A DNA stretch of 64,000 nt from Myxococcota bacterium (GTDB lineage: Bacteria; Myxococcota_A; UBA796; SXON01), in NCBI GenBank assembly GCA_040386535.1, contig JAZKFH010000003.1, positions 160,001 to 224,000 on the forward strand, in the 5' to 3' direction. A model generated the notes under the pieces. That model did no database searches, was not told where the DNA came from, and saw only the letters and a program-made list of their open reading frames with translations. This document shows positions 25,791 through 35,664 of the stretch, piece by piece. The number at the start of each line of letters is the position of its first letter. Position 1 is the first letter of the stretch. The position numbers and the translations under genes were made by a program.

Positions 25791-28235
25791 ATGCCGATCC
25801 CGGTGCTCGCCACCCTCCTGCTCCTACCAGGCGCACGCGCCCAGGGCGTGGAGCGGCCCACGCTCCCCTTCCGGAGCCTGGCTGGGGAGGACGGGGTGCA
25901 CGTGATGTACTCCAACCCCGCCCTCATGAATTTCGACCGGGACGCGGGGTACGCCGCCTACTACGACACCACGGGCACGAGCGGAGGGCTGAATTCCCTC
26001 ACCTTCGCGACCACCGGCAACGGCGTGGGCGCCGGTCTCGGGTACCGGCAGGTCGGGGCGTCGGCGGACGGCTGGTGGACCGTGTCCAGCGCGGCCTCTG
26101 TGCGCGTCACGGACGCGATCACGATCGGAAGCAGCTTCAACTGGCAGCTGCCCGACGGCGGAGACAACAACTTCGTGAGCTGGGACATCGGTCTCGGCTG
26201 GCGCCCGGCCCCCTTCCTCGGCATCGGCGCGGTGGTGCAGAACCTGGGCAGCCCGGCGCCCGACCTCGGCGTGAACACCCGCTACGGCGCGGGGCTCGCG
26301 ATCCGCCCCGCGGGGGACCTCTTCACGCTTGGGCTGGACTGGCTCGCGGACGCCCCGCCGGACGGGATCCTCGCGCAACGCGTGCAGGCGAGCGTGCGCC
26401 TCAAGCCGGCCCGCGGCGTCTGGCTGCGCCTGTTCGCCGACGACGCGCTGGACGACTTCACGGACGTGCGGTTCGGCGGGGCCGTCGAGCTGCGCTTCGC
26501 CGATCTCGGCGTGGGCCTCACCGCGCGCGGCAGCGCCGACGATCTGGGGGGCGTCGGCGGCGGCGGCTACGTCCAGTCGATCCCCAGCGATGACCAGCTC
26601 TTCCGTGCGCGGCGCCGCGTCGCCACCTTCGACTTCGAGGGCGCGTACCCCTACCAGCCGCAGGGCGGCTTGCTCAGCGCGGCACCCGAGGGCTACCTGA
26701 CCCTCCTCCGCCGCATGAAGAGCGCGTCCGACGATCCCCAGGTGCGCGGCATCCTGCTCGAGATCGGCAGCGCCCCCTTCAGCCTGGCCCAGGTGGAGGA
26801 GATCCGGGACGTGATGCGCGAGGCACGGGCGAACGGCAAACCCGTGGTGGCCTACCTCAACGGCGAGGCCTCCAACGCGGCCTACCTCCTCGCGACGGCG
26901 TGTGACCGCGTATACCTCCATCCGGCCGGTCAGCTCGACCTCGTCGGGCTGGGCGCGGAGACCCAATACTTCCGTGGCGCGCTCGAGCTCGTCGGGGTCT
27001 CGGCCCAATACGCAAAGCGTGGCATCTACAAGTCGGCCCCGGAACAATGGACCGAGGCGCAATCGACCGACCCCGCCCGCCTCGAGATGAACGAGCTGCT
27101 GGACGACCTGTCGAGCACCCTGGTCGACGGCATCGCGCTCGGTCGCGGCAAGTCGCCCGAGGAGATCCGGGCGCTCATCGACAAGGGGCCCTTCACCAGC
27201 CAGGAAGCGGAGAAGAACGGGCTCGTCGACGGGCTGGTGTATCCGGACGAGCTCCAGGACACCCTCGCCGGCACGTTCCCCGAGGGGTTCTCGCGGGACG
27301 AGGGCTACGCGCGCAGCCCCGACACCTCGGGCTGGGATCCCCAGCGCGCGGTGGCTGTCGTCGTGATCGATGGCGCAATCTCGTCCGGGCAGACCTCCTC
27401 CGGAGGCCTGCTCGGCGGCGCGGCCACAGGCAGCGACACCGTCGTGCAGGCGCTCAACCAGGCCCGTCGGACCAACGCCGTCAAGGCGGTCGTCCTCCGG
27501 GTGGACAGCCCGGGCGGCTCCGCCTTCGCCTCGGACGAGATCTGGCGCGCCGTGAAGCGGGTGCAAGAAGAGGGCAAGCCCGTGATCGTCAGCATGGGCG
27601 GCTACGCCGCGAGCGGCGGCTACTACGTGGCAGCCGGCGCCGACGCGATCTACGCTCTCCCCACGACCGTCACCGGCTCCATCGGCGTGTACGGCGGCAA
27701 GATCAACGGGGGCGGGCTCTTCGAGAAGCTCGACATCCACACCGAGCAGTTCAACCGCGGTCGTAACGCGGGGATGTACAGCATCTCCCGTCCGTTCGAC
27801 GACATCGAGTTCGCGGCGCTCGACCGGATGATCGCCGACACGTACCGCCAGTTCAAGGACAAGGTGCAGGAAGGGCGCTCGCTGACGCCGGAGAAGGTCG
27901 AGGCGCTGGCGCAGGGGCGCGTGTGGAGCGGCCTGGACGCCAAGGAGCAGGGTCTGGTGGACGAGCACGGCGGCTTCTTCGACGCGGTCGAGCGGGCGCG
28001 CACCGAGGCGGGCCTACGCCCCGATGCGCCCTACACCCTCGTCACCTACGATCCCTGGGGCGGCGGTGGCGACCTGCCCACCCAGCTCGTGAGCGCCGAG
28101 CTTCCCAAGCAGATCGTGCGCGCGTTCCAGCCCAAGGTCGAGCTGCCCGAGGAGCTGAAGAGCTTCTGGGCGCTCTCCGCGTTGAAGGACGAGCGCGTCT
28201 TCGCGATGATGCCGTACCACCTGGAGATCAAGTGA
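25791..28235 (+). CDS. sppA: Signal peptide peptidase SppA (67K type) with N-terminal beta-barrel-like domain
   Basis: Two S49 domains; YKSAPE, RVDSPGGS, AASGGYY, TGSIGV, AQGRVWSG. Confidence 0.92.
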   Translation: MPIPVLATLLLLPGARAQGVERPTLPFRSLAGEDGVHVMYSNPALMNFDRDAGYAAYYDTTGTSGGLNSLTFATTGNGVGAGLGYRQVGASADGWWTVSSAASVRVTDAITIGSSFNWQLPDGGDNNFVSWDIGLGWRPAPFLGIGAVVQNLGSPAPDLGVNTRYGAGLAIRPAGDLFTLGLDWLADAPPDGILAQRVQASVRLKPARGVWLRLFADDALDDFTDVRFGGAVELRFADLGVGLTARGSADDLGGVGGGGYVQSIPSDDQLFRARRRVATFDFEGAYPYQPQGGLLSAAPEGYLTLLRRMKSASDDPQVRGILLEIGSAPFSLAQVEEIRDVMREARANGKPVVAYLNGEASNAAYLLATACDRVYLHPAGQLDLVGLGAETQYFRGALELVGVSAQYAKRGIYKSAPEQWTEAQSTDPARLEMNELLDDLSSTLVDGIALGRGKSPEEIRALIDKGPFTSQEAEKNGLVDGLVYPDELQDTLAGTFPEGFSRDEGYARSPDTSGWDPQRAVAVVVIDGAISSGQTSSGGLLGGAATGSDTVVQALNQARRTNAVKAVVLRVDSPGGSAFASDEIWRAVKRVQEEGKPVIVSMGGYAASGGYYVAAGADAIYALPTTVTGSIGVYGGKINGGGLFEKLDIHTEQFNRGRNAGMYSISRPFDDIEFAALDRMIADTYRQFKDKVQEGRSLTPEKVEALAQGRVWSGLDAKEQGLVDEHGGFFDAVERARTEAGLRPDAPYTLVTYDPWGGGGDLPTQLVSAELPKQIVRAFQPKVELPEELKSFWALSALKDERVFAMMPYHLEIK

Positions 28236-29650
28236 GCACACCCGCCCCGCGCGTCCTCGTCGCCGACGACGACCGCGCCGTGCGGACCGCGCTCCAGGTG
28301 AACCTCTCGAAGGCCGGCTACGACGTGACCCTGGCGTCATCGGGCGAGCAAGCGCTGGAGTCGCTCCGCAGCAGCGCGTTCGACGTGTTGCTGACGGACG
28401 TGATGATGCCCGGGATGGGCGGGATGGCGCTGCTCGGCGAGGTGCGGACGCACTGGCCCGACGTTCGCGTCGTTGTCATGACCGGGTTCGGCTCCGTGCG
28501 GGACGCGGTGACGGCGATGAAGGCCGGCGCCGCGGACTACATCATCAAGCCGGTCGAGCGCGACGAGCTGCTCCTCCTCCTCGACCGCGCCCTGCAGACG
28601 CGCGCGATGCAACGCGAGCTCCAACAGCTCCGCAAGGAGGTCGAGCAGCGCTACGGCTTCTCCGAGATGATCGGCATCTCACCGGCGATGCACGAGGTGT
28701 ACGAGGAGGTGACGGCCGTGGCCGACTCCTCAGCGCTGGTGCTCATTCAGGGAGAGACCGGCACCGGAAAGGAGCTCATCGCGCACGCCATCCACTACCG
28801 GAGCCGGCGTTCGTCGGCGCCGCTCGTGGCCGTGAACTGCGGCGCGTTGCCGGAGAACCTGCTCGAGACCGAGCTCTTCGGGCACGAACGGGGCGCGTTC
28901 ACGGGCGCGGTGCGCCAACATCAGGGGAAATTCGAGCAGGCCGACGGCGGGACGTTGTTCCTCGACGAGATCGGGGAGATCCCGCCGGCCGTCCAGGTGC
29001 GGCTCCTTCGCGTGCTCGAGGGTGGGATGGTGACCCGCGTGGGCGGGGAGCACACGGTCAAGGTCGACGTGCGGGTCATCGCGGCCACGAATCGGGATCT
29101 CTGGAAGGAGGTCCAGACGGGCGGCTTTCGCGCCGACCTCTACTACCGGCTGAACGTGTTCGCGATCCGCCTCCCCCGCCTCGCCGACCGCAAGGACGAC
29201 ATCCCGCTGCTGGTCGAACACTTCGCCAAGAAGTTCGCCGTGCGCCACACCCGCCCCGTCCCCACGGTGTCCGCGGGCGCGATGAAGGCGCTCCAGGGCC
29301 ACAGTTGGCCGGGGAACGTCCGCGAGCTCGAACACTTCATGGAGCGGCTCGTGCTGCTCTCGAACGGCGGCGAGATCAGCTCCGTGCGCCTCCCCGAGTC
29401 GCCGATGGCCCAGGCGGGCGGGTCCTCGCTGCCCGGGCTCGCCGCCGTGGGCCCCGGCGGCCTCCCCGTCGCGCTCGAGGACTTCGAGCGCACTCTCATC
29501 GCGGAGGCGTTGCGGGAGGCGGGTGGGGTCCAGGCGCGCGCGGCGCGGCGGCTCGGCATCAGCCGAAGCAACCTGAACTACCGCATCGGGCGCCTTGGGC
29601 TCACGCTGCAAGACATCCGCTTCGGCGTCGAGGGCCGTCAGTCGAGGTAG
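28232..29650 (+). CDS. Sigma54-dependent response regulator (NtrC/AtoC family)
   Basis: GTG 28232; receiver (VADDD, TDVMMP), [30 protein letters not shown], Fis-type HTH. Confidence 0.95.
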   Translation: MSTPAPRVLVADDDRAVRTALQVNLSKAGYDVTLASSGEQALESLRSSAFDVLLTDVMMPGMGGMALLGEVRTHWPDVRVVVMTGFGSVRDAVTAMKAGAADYIIKPVERDELLLLLDRALQTRAMQRELQQLRKEVEQRYGFSEMIGISPAMHEVYEEVTAVADSSALVLIQGETGTGKELIAHAIHYRSRRSSAPLVAVNCGALPENLLETELFGHERGAFTGAVRQHQGKFEQADGGTLFLDEIGEIPPAVQVRLLRVLEGGMVTRVGGEHTVKVDVRVIAATNRDLWKEVQTGGFRADLYYRLNVFAIRLPRLADRKDDIPLLVEHFAKKFAVRHTRPVPTVSAGAMKALQGHSWPGNVRELEHFMERLVLLSNGGEISSVRLPESPMAQAGGSSLPGLAAVGPGGLPVALEDFERTLIAEALREAGGVQARAARRLGISRSNLNYRIGRLGLTLQDIRFGVEGRQSR

Positions 29651-29964
29651 AGCGCCCGCAGCTCGTCGCAGGCGCCGTCCTCGGCTCCCCGGAGCGCGCC
29701 GAGCTCGTCCGACGCGTCGATGCACTGGTCCTGGGAGGCCGGCAGCTCTCGCGCTTCCAAGCCGGAGCGGACCTCGTCCCACTCGTTCTGGCAACGCACG
29801 CGCCAGTCCGAGCGGGACTCGGCACCCAACTCTTCCCAGGTGAGTCCCCACTCGGGGAGACACTCATCGAGGGAGGCGGCAACATCTACACAGAGGGAGT
29901 TGCAACGATCGGACGCGCACGAGGCCATGGCCGGCACGACGATCAGGAGAAGGAGGGTGGCCAA
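29638..29964 (-). CDS. Small Cys-rich putative lipoprotein; start uncertain, overlaps tRNA-Phe
   Basis: LATLLLLIVVPAMASC followed by six more Cys; candidate starts TTG 29964 or ATG 30051. Confidence 0.55.
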   Translation of the reverse strand: MATLLLLIVVPAMASCASDRCNSLCVDVAASLDECLPEWGLTWEELGAESRSDWRVRCQNEWDEVRSGLEARELPASQDQCIDASDELGALRGAEDGACDELRALYLD

Positions 29965-30030
29965 GGACGGAGTTGAACCGCCGACACGGGGATTTTCAGT
30001 CCCCTGCTCTACCAACTGAGCTACTTGGCC
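29958..30030 (-). tRNA. tRNA-Phe (GAA)
   Basis: GGCCAAG acceptor stem, GGGGA-CTGAAAA-TCCCC anticodon arm, GGTTCAACTCC T arm; CCA not encoded. Confidence 0.97.
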
Positions 30031-30071
30031 ATCAAGACCGCCAGACGACATGCCGCCCTGCGGGACGCAAT

Positions 30072-30100
30072 CATGTATGATGGGGACCAGCCAGCGTCAA
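30072..30100 (-). promoter_or_regulatory. Putative sigma70-type promoter of tRNA-Phe
   Basis: TTGACG-N17-TACATG upstream of the tRNA. Confidence 0.55.
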
Positions 30101-30138
30101 GGGTTCCGGGGCCCGCGGATGCGCTTCTGTAGCAGATT

Positions 30139-30160
30139 GTGTGGCACTGGTGTGGCACTG
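30139..30160. repeat. Perfect 11-bp tandem direct repeat
   Basis: gtgtggcactg twice. Confidence 0.85.
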
Positions 30161-30174
30161 CTGCGGCGCTCGCG

Positions 30175-30447
30175 TCACGCCCCGGGTTCGAGGCGCACGG
30201 TCACGTCCCCCACGACGCGAGCCTGGCACCCGAGCCGCTGGCCCTCGTCGTCCAGGAACGGGTACTCCACGTCCTCGACCTCGGAGAGCACCCCCGCGAG
30301 CACGCGCACGCGGCACGAGTTGCACGCAGCAAACCCGCCGCACGCGGTCTCCATGGGGAGCCCGGACGCGTCGCACACCTCGAGCAAGGTCATGCCGAGG
30401 CGCGCCTCGACGACCTGCCCGAGGTCCGTGAACGCTACCCGTGCCAC
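30175..30447 (-). CDS. 2Fe-2S ferredoxin
   Basis: ACGGFAACNSC and RLGCQ motifs; GTG start inferred. Confidence 0.9.
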   Translation of the reverse strand: MARVAFTDLGQVVEARLGMTLLEVCDASGLPMETACGGFAACNSCRVRVLAGVLSEVEDVEYPFLDDEGQRLGCQARVVGDVTVRLEPGA

Positions 30448-30473
30448 CCCTACCCCCACGCGGATCCTCGCAC

Positions 30474-30857
<384 letters not shown>

Positions 30858-30971
30858 GGATGCTCCTGTGTACGAGTTCAGTTCAGTCTCGTACGCAGTG
30901 TCGTACGGAACGATGACGGTGTCTGTAAGCACGCCCGCACGCTTCGCCTACCGCCGAAAACGACCGCGACG

Positions 30972-31286
30972 TTAGCCGAACCGGCCGGCGTCCCGGACGC
31001 GGTACTTCTCGAGGGTCTGGCTCATCGCGTCGTCCAGATCGATCCCCTGCTGGTTCGCCATGCAGACGAGGATGAACAACACGTCCGCCAGCTCCAGCGC
31101 GAGATCGGCCTCGCCCTCGCTCGCCTTCTTCTTCTTCGCGCCGAAGCGGTGGTTGTACTCCCGCGCGACTTCACCCGTCTCTTCGGTGAGCCGGGCGAGC
31201 ATGGACAGCTCGGGCCAGTATCCGCCGTTGTCGCGAATCCACGCGTCGATGAGCGCCTGGATCTGCGGGAGCGAGCGGGGCTCCAC
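30972..31286 (-). CDS. MazG-like nucleotide pyrophosphohydrolase (YpjD type)
   Basis: LTEETGEVARE, ELADVLF, KYRVRD. Confidence 0.9.
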   Translation of the reverse strand: MEPRSLPQIQALIDAWIRDNGGYWPELSMLARLTEETGEVAREYNHRFGAKKKKASEGEADLALELADVLFILVCMANQQGIDLDDAMSQTLEKYRVRDAGRFG

Positions 31287-31288
31287 GC

Positions 31289-31747
31289 TCAGCTCCGCCG
31301 CGGGCGCCGCCCGCCCCGACCCGCCTCGGCCGCGATGCGGTCGAGGATGCCGTTCACGAACGCGCGGGACTCGGCGCCGCCGAACCGCTTCGCCACCTCG
31401 ATGGCCTCGTTGATGCTGACCGAGGCCGGGATGTCGGCCCGGGCGATGATCTCGTGCGCGCCGAGGCGGAGGATGTTGCGATCCACCGCGGGCATGCGCG
31501 GGAGCCGCCAGTTGAGGCTGGCGGCCTCAATGCGTTGATCCAGCGCCTCCCGGTTCTCGGTGACGCCGCGCACGAGCTCTTGGGCGAACTCCATCTCTTC
31601 GTGGCCGATGGGCTCCTCGACCTGGTCCGTGTCGTCCAGACGCCCCGCCCAGAGCCCCGAGAGCGCGTTCGCCCCCGTGACGCCGCCGATGTCCACCGCG
31701 TAGAGCGCCTGGACCGCGAACTCCCTTGCTCGACGCCGACCCGGCAT
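31289..31747 (-). CDS. nusB: Transcription antitermination factor NusB
   Basis: RRRAREFAVQALY, VDRNILRL, INEAIEVAKRFG, FVNGILD. Confidence 0.96.
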   Translation of the reverse strand: MPGRRRAREFAVQALYAVDIGGVTGANALSGLWAGRLDDTDQVEEPIGHEEMEFAQELVRGVTENREALDQRIEAASLNWRLPRMPAVDRNILRLGAHEIIARADIPASVSINEAIEVAKRFGGAESRAFVNGILDRIAAEAGRGGRRPRRS

Positions 31748-32217
31748 CAGGTCGCCAGCATGCGCAAGAGGTTCACCATCTCCAACGCGGACATGGCCGC
31801 TTCGGCGCCCTTGTTCCCCATCTTTGTTCCGGCTCGTTCGATCGCCTGCTCGATGCTGTCGGTAGTAAGCACACCGAAGATCACCGGCACGCCCGTCGAC
31901 CAGGAGGCGGAGGCGACGCCCTTGGCGGCCTCCCCCGCGACGTAGTCGAAGTGGGGCGTTCCGCCGCGGATGACGCAGCCGAGCGCGATGACCGCGTCGT
32001 ACTTGCCGGAGCCGGCGAGCTTCTGGCAGACGAGCGGCAGCTCGTAGGCGCCGGGCACCCACACGACCGGCAGGTCCGTGGTGTCGACCCCGTGGCGGGC
32101 CAGCGCGTGCACGGCCCCCTCGACGAGACGGGAGGTGATGAAGTCGTTGAACCGGGCAGCCACGATTGCGTAGCGACCGGAAACGTCGAGGAGATTGCCT
32201 TCGACGGTACGGGGCAA
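31747..32217 (-). CDS. ribH: 6,7-dimethyl-8-ribityllumazine synthase
   Basis: [38 protein letters not shown] start inferred. Confidence 0.96.
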   Translation of the reverse strand: MPRTVEGNLLDVSGRYAIVAARFNDFITSRLVEGAVHALARHGVDTTDLPVVWVPGAYELPLVCQKLAGSGKYDAVIALGCVIRGGTPHFDYVAGEAAKGVASASWSTGVPVIFGVLTTDSIEQAIERAGTKMGNKGAEAAMSALEMVNLLRMLAT

Positions 32218-32233
32218 GAGGACTCCGAGAGAA

Positions 32234-33442
32234 TCAGCGTTCGAGCAGGTGCCCGAGGTGTTGGCGCCGGGATTCGAGAAACGCACTTCTATCCGGGCGG
32301 GGCTCTGCCCGGAGCGGGATTCGCTCGACCACCCGAAGGCCGAACCCCTCGAGGCCCACGATCTTCCTCGGGTTGTTCGTGAGGAGGCGGAGCTCGCGGA
32401 CCCCGAGATCGACGAGGATCTGCGCGCCGGTGCCGAGCGCGCGGAGCTTGTCGCCTTCCGCGGCGGGCGAGGCGTCGGGCACGAGGTGCTCGCGCAGGCG
32501 GGCCACGAAGGCCGCGGGCGTCGGCCCGCCGTCGATGTTCAGGTACAGGAGGACGCCCCGGCCCTCGGCCGAGATCCGCCCGAGCGCGGCACGGAGCTGC
32601 TCGCTGGAGTCCGACGTGAGCACGCGGAACACGTCCACCGGGCCGCAGCTCGACTGGATCCGCGCGAGCACGGGGCCCCCGGAGAGGTCGCCCACGGAGA
32701 GCGCGAGGTGGAGCCCGCCGCTCGTGTCCTGGAACACGGTGGCCTTGAGCTCACCGAACTCCTCGGTCGGCATCGGCGTCTCGAGCACCCGGCGCACGAG
32801 GCGCTCGTTGCGCAGGCGCCAGCGCACGATGTCGGCGACGGTGACGATGTGGAGGCGATGGGTCGCCGAGAACCGCTCGAGGTCCGAGAGGCGCGCCATC
32901 GTACCGTCATCGTTCATGATCTCGCAAATCACGCCCGAGGGGGGCAGGCCGGCGAGCCGCGCGAGATCGACCGATCCCTCGGTCTGGCCGGTGCGGACGA
33001 GCACGCCGCCGTCCCGCGCACGCAGCGGGAACACGTGGCCCGGGGAGATGAGGTCGTTCGGGCCCTTGGTGGGGTCGATGGCGACGAGCGTGGTGTGCGC
33101 GCGGTCGGCCGCCGAGATGCCCGTGGACACGCCCTCGCGCGCCTCGATCGAGACGGTGAACGCGGTCGCGAAGGGCGACTTGTTGTTCGTCGCCATCATG
33201 GGGAGGTTGAGCTCCGCCACGCGATCTTCGGTCAGCGTCAGGCAGATCAGGCCGCGGCCGTGCTTCGCCATGAAGTTGATGGCTTCGGGCGTCACCATCG
33301 ACGCGGCCATCGTCAGGTCGCCCTCGTTCTCGCGATCCTCGTCGTCGACGAGGATCACCATCCGGCCGGCCTGGATGTCTTCGATCGCCGTCTGGACGCG
33401 GCGTTCGGGGTCCGGCGCCATCACTTCGAAGTCCATGCTCAC
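32234..33442 (-). CDS. ribB: DHBP synthase fused to degenerate GTP cyclohydrolase II-like domain (RibBX type)
   Basis: [29 protein letters not shown]-terminal domain keeps LLTNNPRK but lacks the CDC zinc ligands. Confidence 0.92.
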   Translation of the reverse strand: MSMDFEVMAPDPERRVQTAIEDIQAGRMVILVDDEDRENEGDLTMAASMVTPEAINFMAKHGRGLICLTLTEDRVAELNLPMMATNNKSPFATAFTVSIEAREGVSTGISAADRAHTTLVAIDPTKGPNDLISPGHVFPLRARDGGVLVRTGQTEGSVDLARLAGLPPSGVICEIMNDDGTMARLSDLERFSATHRLHIVTVADIVRWRLRNERLVRRVLETPMPTEEFGELKATVFQDTSGGLHLALSVGDLSGGPVLARIQSSCGPVDVFRVLTSDSSEQLRAALGRISAEGRGVLLYLNIDGGPTPAAFVARLREHLVPDASPAAEGDKLRALGTGAQILVDLGVRELRLLTNNPRKIVGLEGFGLRVVERIPLRAEPRPDRSAFLESRRQHLGHLLER

Positions 33443-33450
33443 TCCCCTCT

Positions 33451-34086
33451 TCAGTCGCGGGTGAAGCCCGCCGCGCGCAGCAGCGGAAGATCCACGCCCC
33501 CGACGCGCGCACCGAGGAGGCGTTCGACGTACTTGGCGAGGATGTCGACCTCCAGGTTGACCGGGCTGCCCGTTCGGAGCGCGCCGAGGTTGGTCACCTG
33601 GAGGGTGTGCGGCACGATGCCGACGTTGAAGCCCGCACGGTCTATCCCATTCACGGTCAGACTGACGCCGTCGATGCAGACGCTACCTTTCTCCACGAGA
33701 TACCTCGAGAGTTCCTCCGGCGCATCCACGTCGATGCGCGTCCATTGTGCGCCCGGCGTGACCGCGCGTACGCGACCGACCCCGTCCACGTGCCCTTGGA
33801 CGATGTGACCGCCGAGTCGGTCGCCCACGCGCATCGCCCGCTCGAGGTGCAGGACGCGGCCGGTGGCAATCTCCGCGAAGGTCGTACGCCGGAGCGTCTC
33901 CTCCCCCGCGGTCACCTGGAACGAGGTGGCGTCGAACGCTTCGACCGTGAGGCACACGCCGTCACACGCGATGGACTCGCCGAGCACGAGCGCCTCGAAG
34001 GGGGCGGTGATCCACAACACCTTGCCACTTCCGCGCTGCGCGACGGTGCGTACGGCCCCGCGCGCTTCGACCAGACCGGTGAACAT
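33451..34086 (-). CDS. ribE: Riboflavin synthase alpha chain
   Basis: [39 protein letters not shown] (ribC in E. coli naming). Confidence 0.96.
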   Translation of the reverse strand: MFTGLVEARGAVRTVAQRGSGKVLWITAPFEALVLGESIACDGVCLTVEAFDATSFQVTAGEETLRRTTFAEIATGRVLHLERAMRVGDRLGGHIVQGHVDGVGRVRAVTPGAQWTRIDVDAPEELSRYLVEKGSVCIDGVSLTVNGIDRAGFNVGIVPHTLQVTNLGALRTGSPVNLEVDILAKYVERLLGARVGGVDLPLLRAAGFTRD

Positions 34087-35147
34087 CAGCCCTCCGTGCG
34101 CTCGAGCGCGATGTGCAGATCGTCTCCCACCGGCTCGCTCGACACGAACCGGAACGCGGGCGCGTCGGCGAGGGAGAACCCCGGCCCCGAAGCGAATCCC
34201 GGCCCCCCGGCGAGCACCCGCGCGTTCACGAAGAGCTCGATGCGGTCGACCAGACCGGCCCCGAGCAGCGCGCGGTGGACGGTCCCTCCCCCCTCGACGA
34301 GCAGGTGGTGATGCCCCTGCGCGACGACGGCCTTGAGCGCCGCTTCGAGGTCGAGGCCGGACGGACCGCGCGGCAGACGAACGATGTCCGCGGGCAGATC
34401 CGTCGGCGGCGCGTCCTCGCCACAGAGGATCAGCGGCCGGCGCCCGGCGGTGAGGATCCGCGCGGTGGACGGCGTGCGCAGCCACGTGTCGAGGACGACG
34501 GGCACGGCGTTGCGGCCTCCGGGGAGGCGGGTGTCGAGCCCGCAGTCGTCCGCGAGGACCGTCCCGATGCCGACCATCACGGCGTCATGGGTGTCCCGAA
34601 GGCTGTGCGCCCGGGCCCGCGCCGCCGGCCCGGTGATCCAGCGGCTCTCCCCCGCTTCGGACGCGATGCGCCCGTCGAGCGAGATGCCGGCCTTGAGCGT
34701 GACCTCGGGGAGCCCGCGGGACACGGCGTGGAGGAAGCCGCGGTTGAGCCGCTTGCACTCCTCTTCGCGCACGCCCACGACGACCTCGATGCCCGCGTCC
34801 TTCAGGGCGCGGATCCCGCGGCCCGAGACGAGGGGGAACGGATCGACGGTGCCGATGACCACCCGGCGGACGCCGCTCTTGACGATGGCCTCCGTGCACG
34901 GGGGCGTCCGGCCGAAGTGGCAGCAGGGCTCGAGCACCACGTACATGGTGGCGCCCTCGGCGCGCCCGCCCAGCTGCGCCAGCGCGTGCGGCTCGGCATG
35001 GTGCTGGCCCGGCGGCTGGGTCCACCCCTCGGCGAGCACGACACCGTCGCGCTCGACCACCACGCCCACCATGGGATTGGGGGACGTGCGGCCGGCGGCC
35101 CGACGCGCGACGTCGAGCGCGAGCCCCATCATCCGCCAGTCGTTCAC
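34086..35147 (-). CDS. ribD: Bifunctional riboflavin deaminase/reductase
   Basis: TSPNPMVG, HAE, LEPCCHFGRTPPC, SRWITG, VEGG. Confidence 0.96.
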   Translation of the reverse strand: MNDWRMMGLALDVARRAAGRTSPNPMVGVVVERDGVVLAEGWTQPPGQHHAEPHALAQLGGRAEGATMYVVLEPCCHFGRTPPCTEAIVKSGVRRVVIGTVDPFPLVSGRGIRALKDAGIEVVVGVREEECKRLNRGFLHAVSRGLPEVTLKAGISLDGRIASEAGESRWITGPAARARAHSLRDTHDAVMVGIGTVLADDCGLDTRLPGGRNAVPVVLDTWLRTPSTARILTAGRRPLILCGEDAPPTDLPADIVRLPRGPSGLDLEAALKAVVAQGHHHLLVEGGGTVHRALLGAGLVDRIELFVNARVLAGGPGFASGPGFSLADAPAFRFVSSEPVGDDLHIALERTEG

Positions 35148-35593
35148 CGCCGCTCCAACAGCGGGCGGAGCACCTCGAGGAAGTCCTCGGGGCTCCCGAC
35201 GGCGTGGTAGACCGAGGCGAAGCGCAGGTAGGCGACGTGATCGAGCACCTGGAGCTCGCGAAGGGCCATGGCGCCGAGGTCCGCGGTGGAGAGCTCGCGA
35301 TCGGCGCGCTTTGCCAGCTCGCGCTCGACGCGGGTGATCAACGAGTCGAGCTGCTCCTCGGTCACGGGCCGCTTTCGGCACGCCAACTGCAGCCCTGCGA
35401 GCAGCTTCTCGCGGCTGAACGGCTGACGGCGGCCGTCCCGCTTCACGAGCGTGGGGGTGCGGAGCTCGACCCGCTCGAACGTCGTGAAGCGAGCGCCACA
35501 GGCGAGGCATTCCCGACGGCGCCGGGTGCAGTCACCCGCGTCCCGGGAGTCGACGACCTTGCTGTCTTCGTGCTGGCAAGCCGGGCACATCAT
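35144..35593 (-). CDS. nrdR: Transcriptional repressor NrdR
   Basis: CPAC..VVDSR..RRRREC..RFTTFE; ATP cone; VAYLRFASVY. Confidence 0.96.
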   Translation of the reverse strand: MMCPACQHEDSKVVDSRDAGDCTRRRRECLACGARFTTFERVELRTPTLVKRDGRRQPFSREKLLAGLQLACRKRPVTEEQLDSLITRVERELAKRADRELSTADLGAMALRELQVLDHVAYLRFASVYHAVGSPEDFLEVLRPLLERR

Positions 35594-35664
35594 CGGACGC
35601 TCTGTCTCCTACCCTCGGGCGACGGGCCCGTATCCGCCACGCGCGGACCGCGGGCTCGCGCCGA

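Noticed and set aside
33443..35660. FMN riboswitch for the rib genes
   Set aside because: Genes overlap or abut inside a superoperon, leaving no leader space or RFN motif
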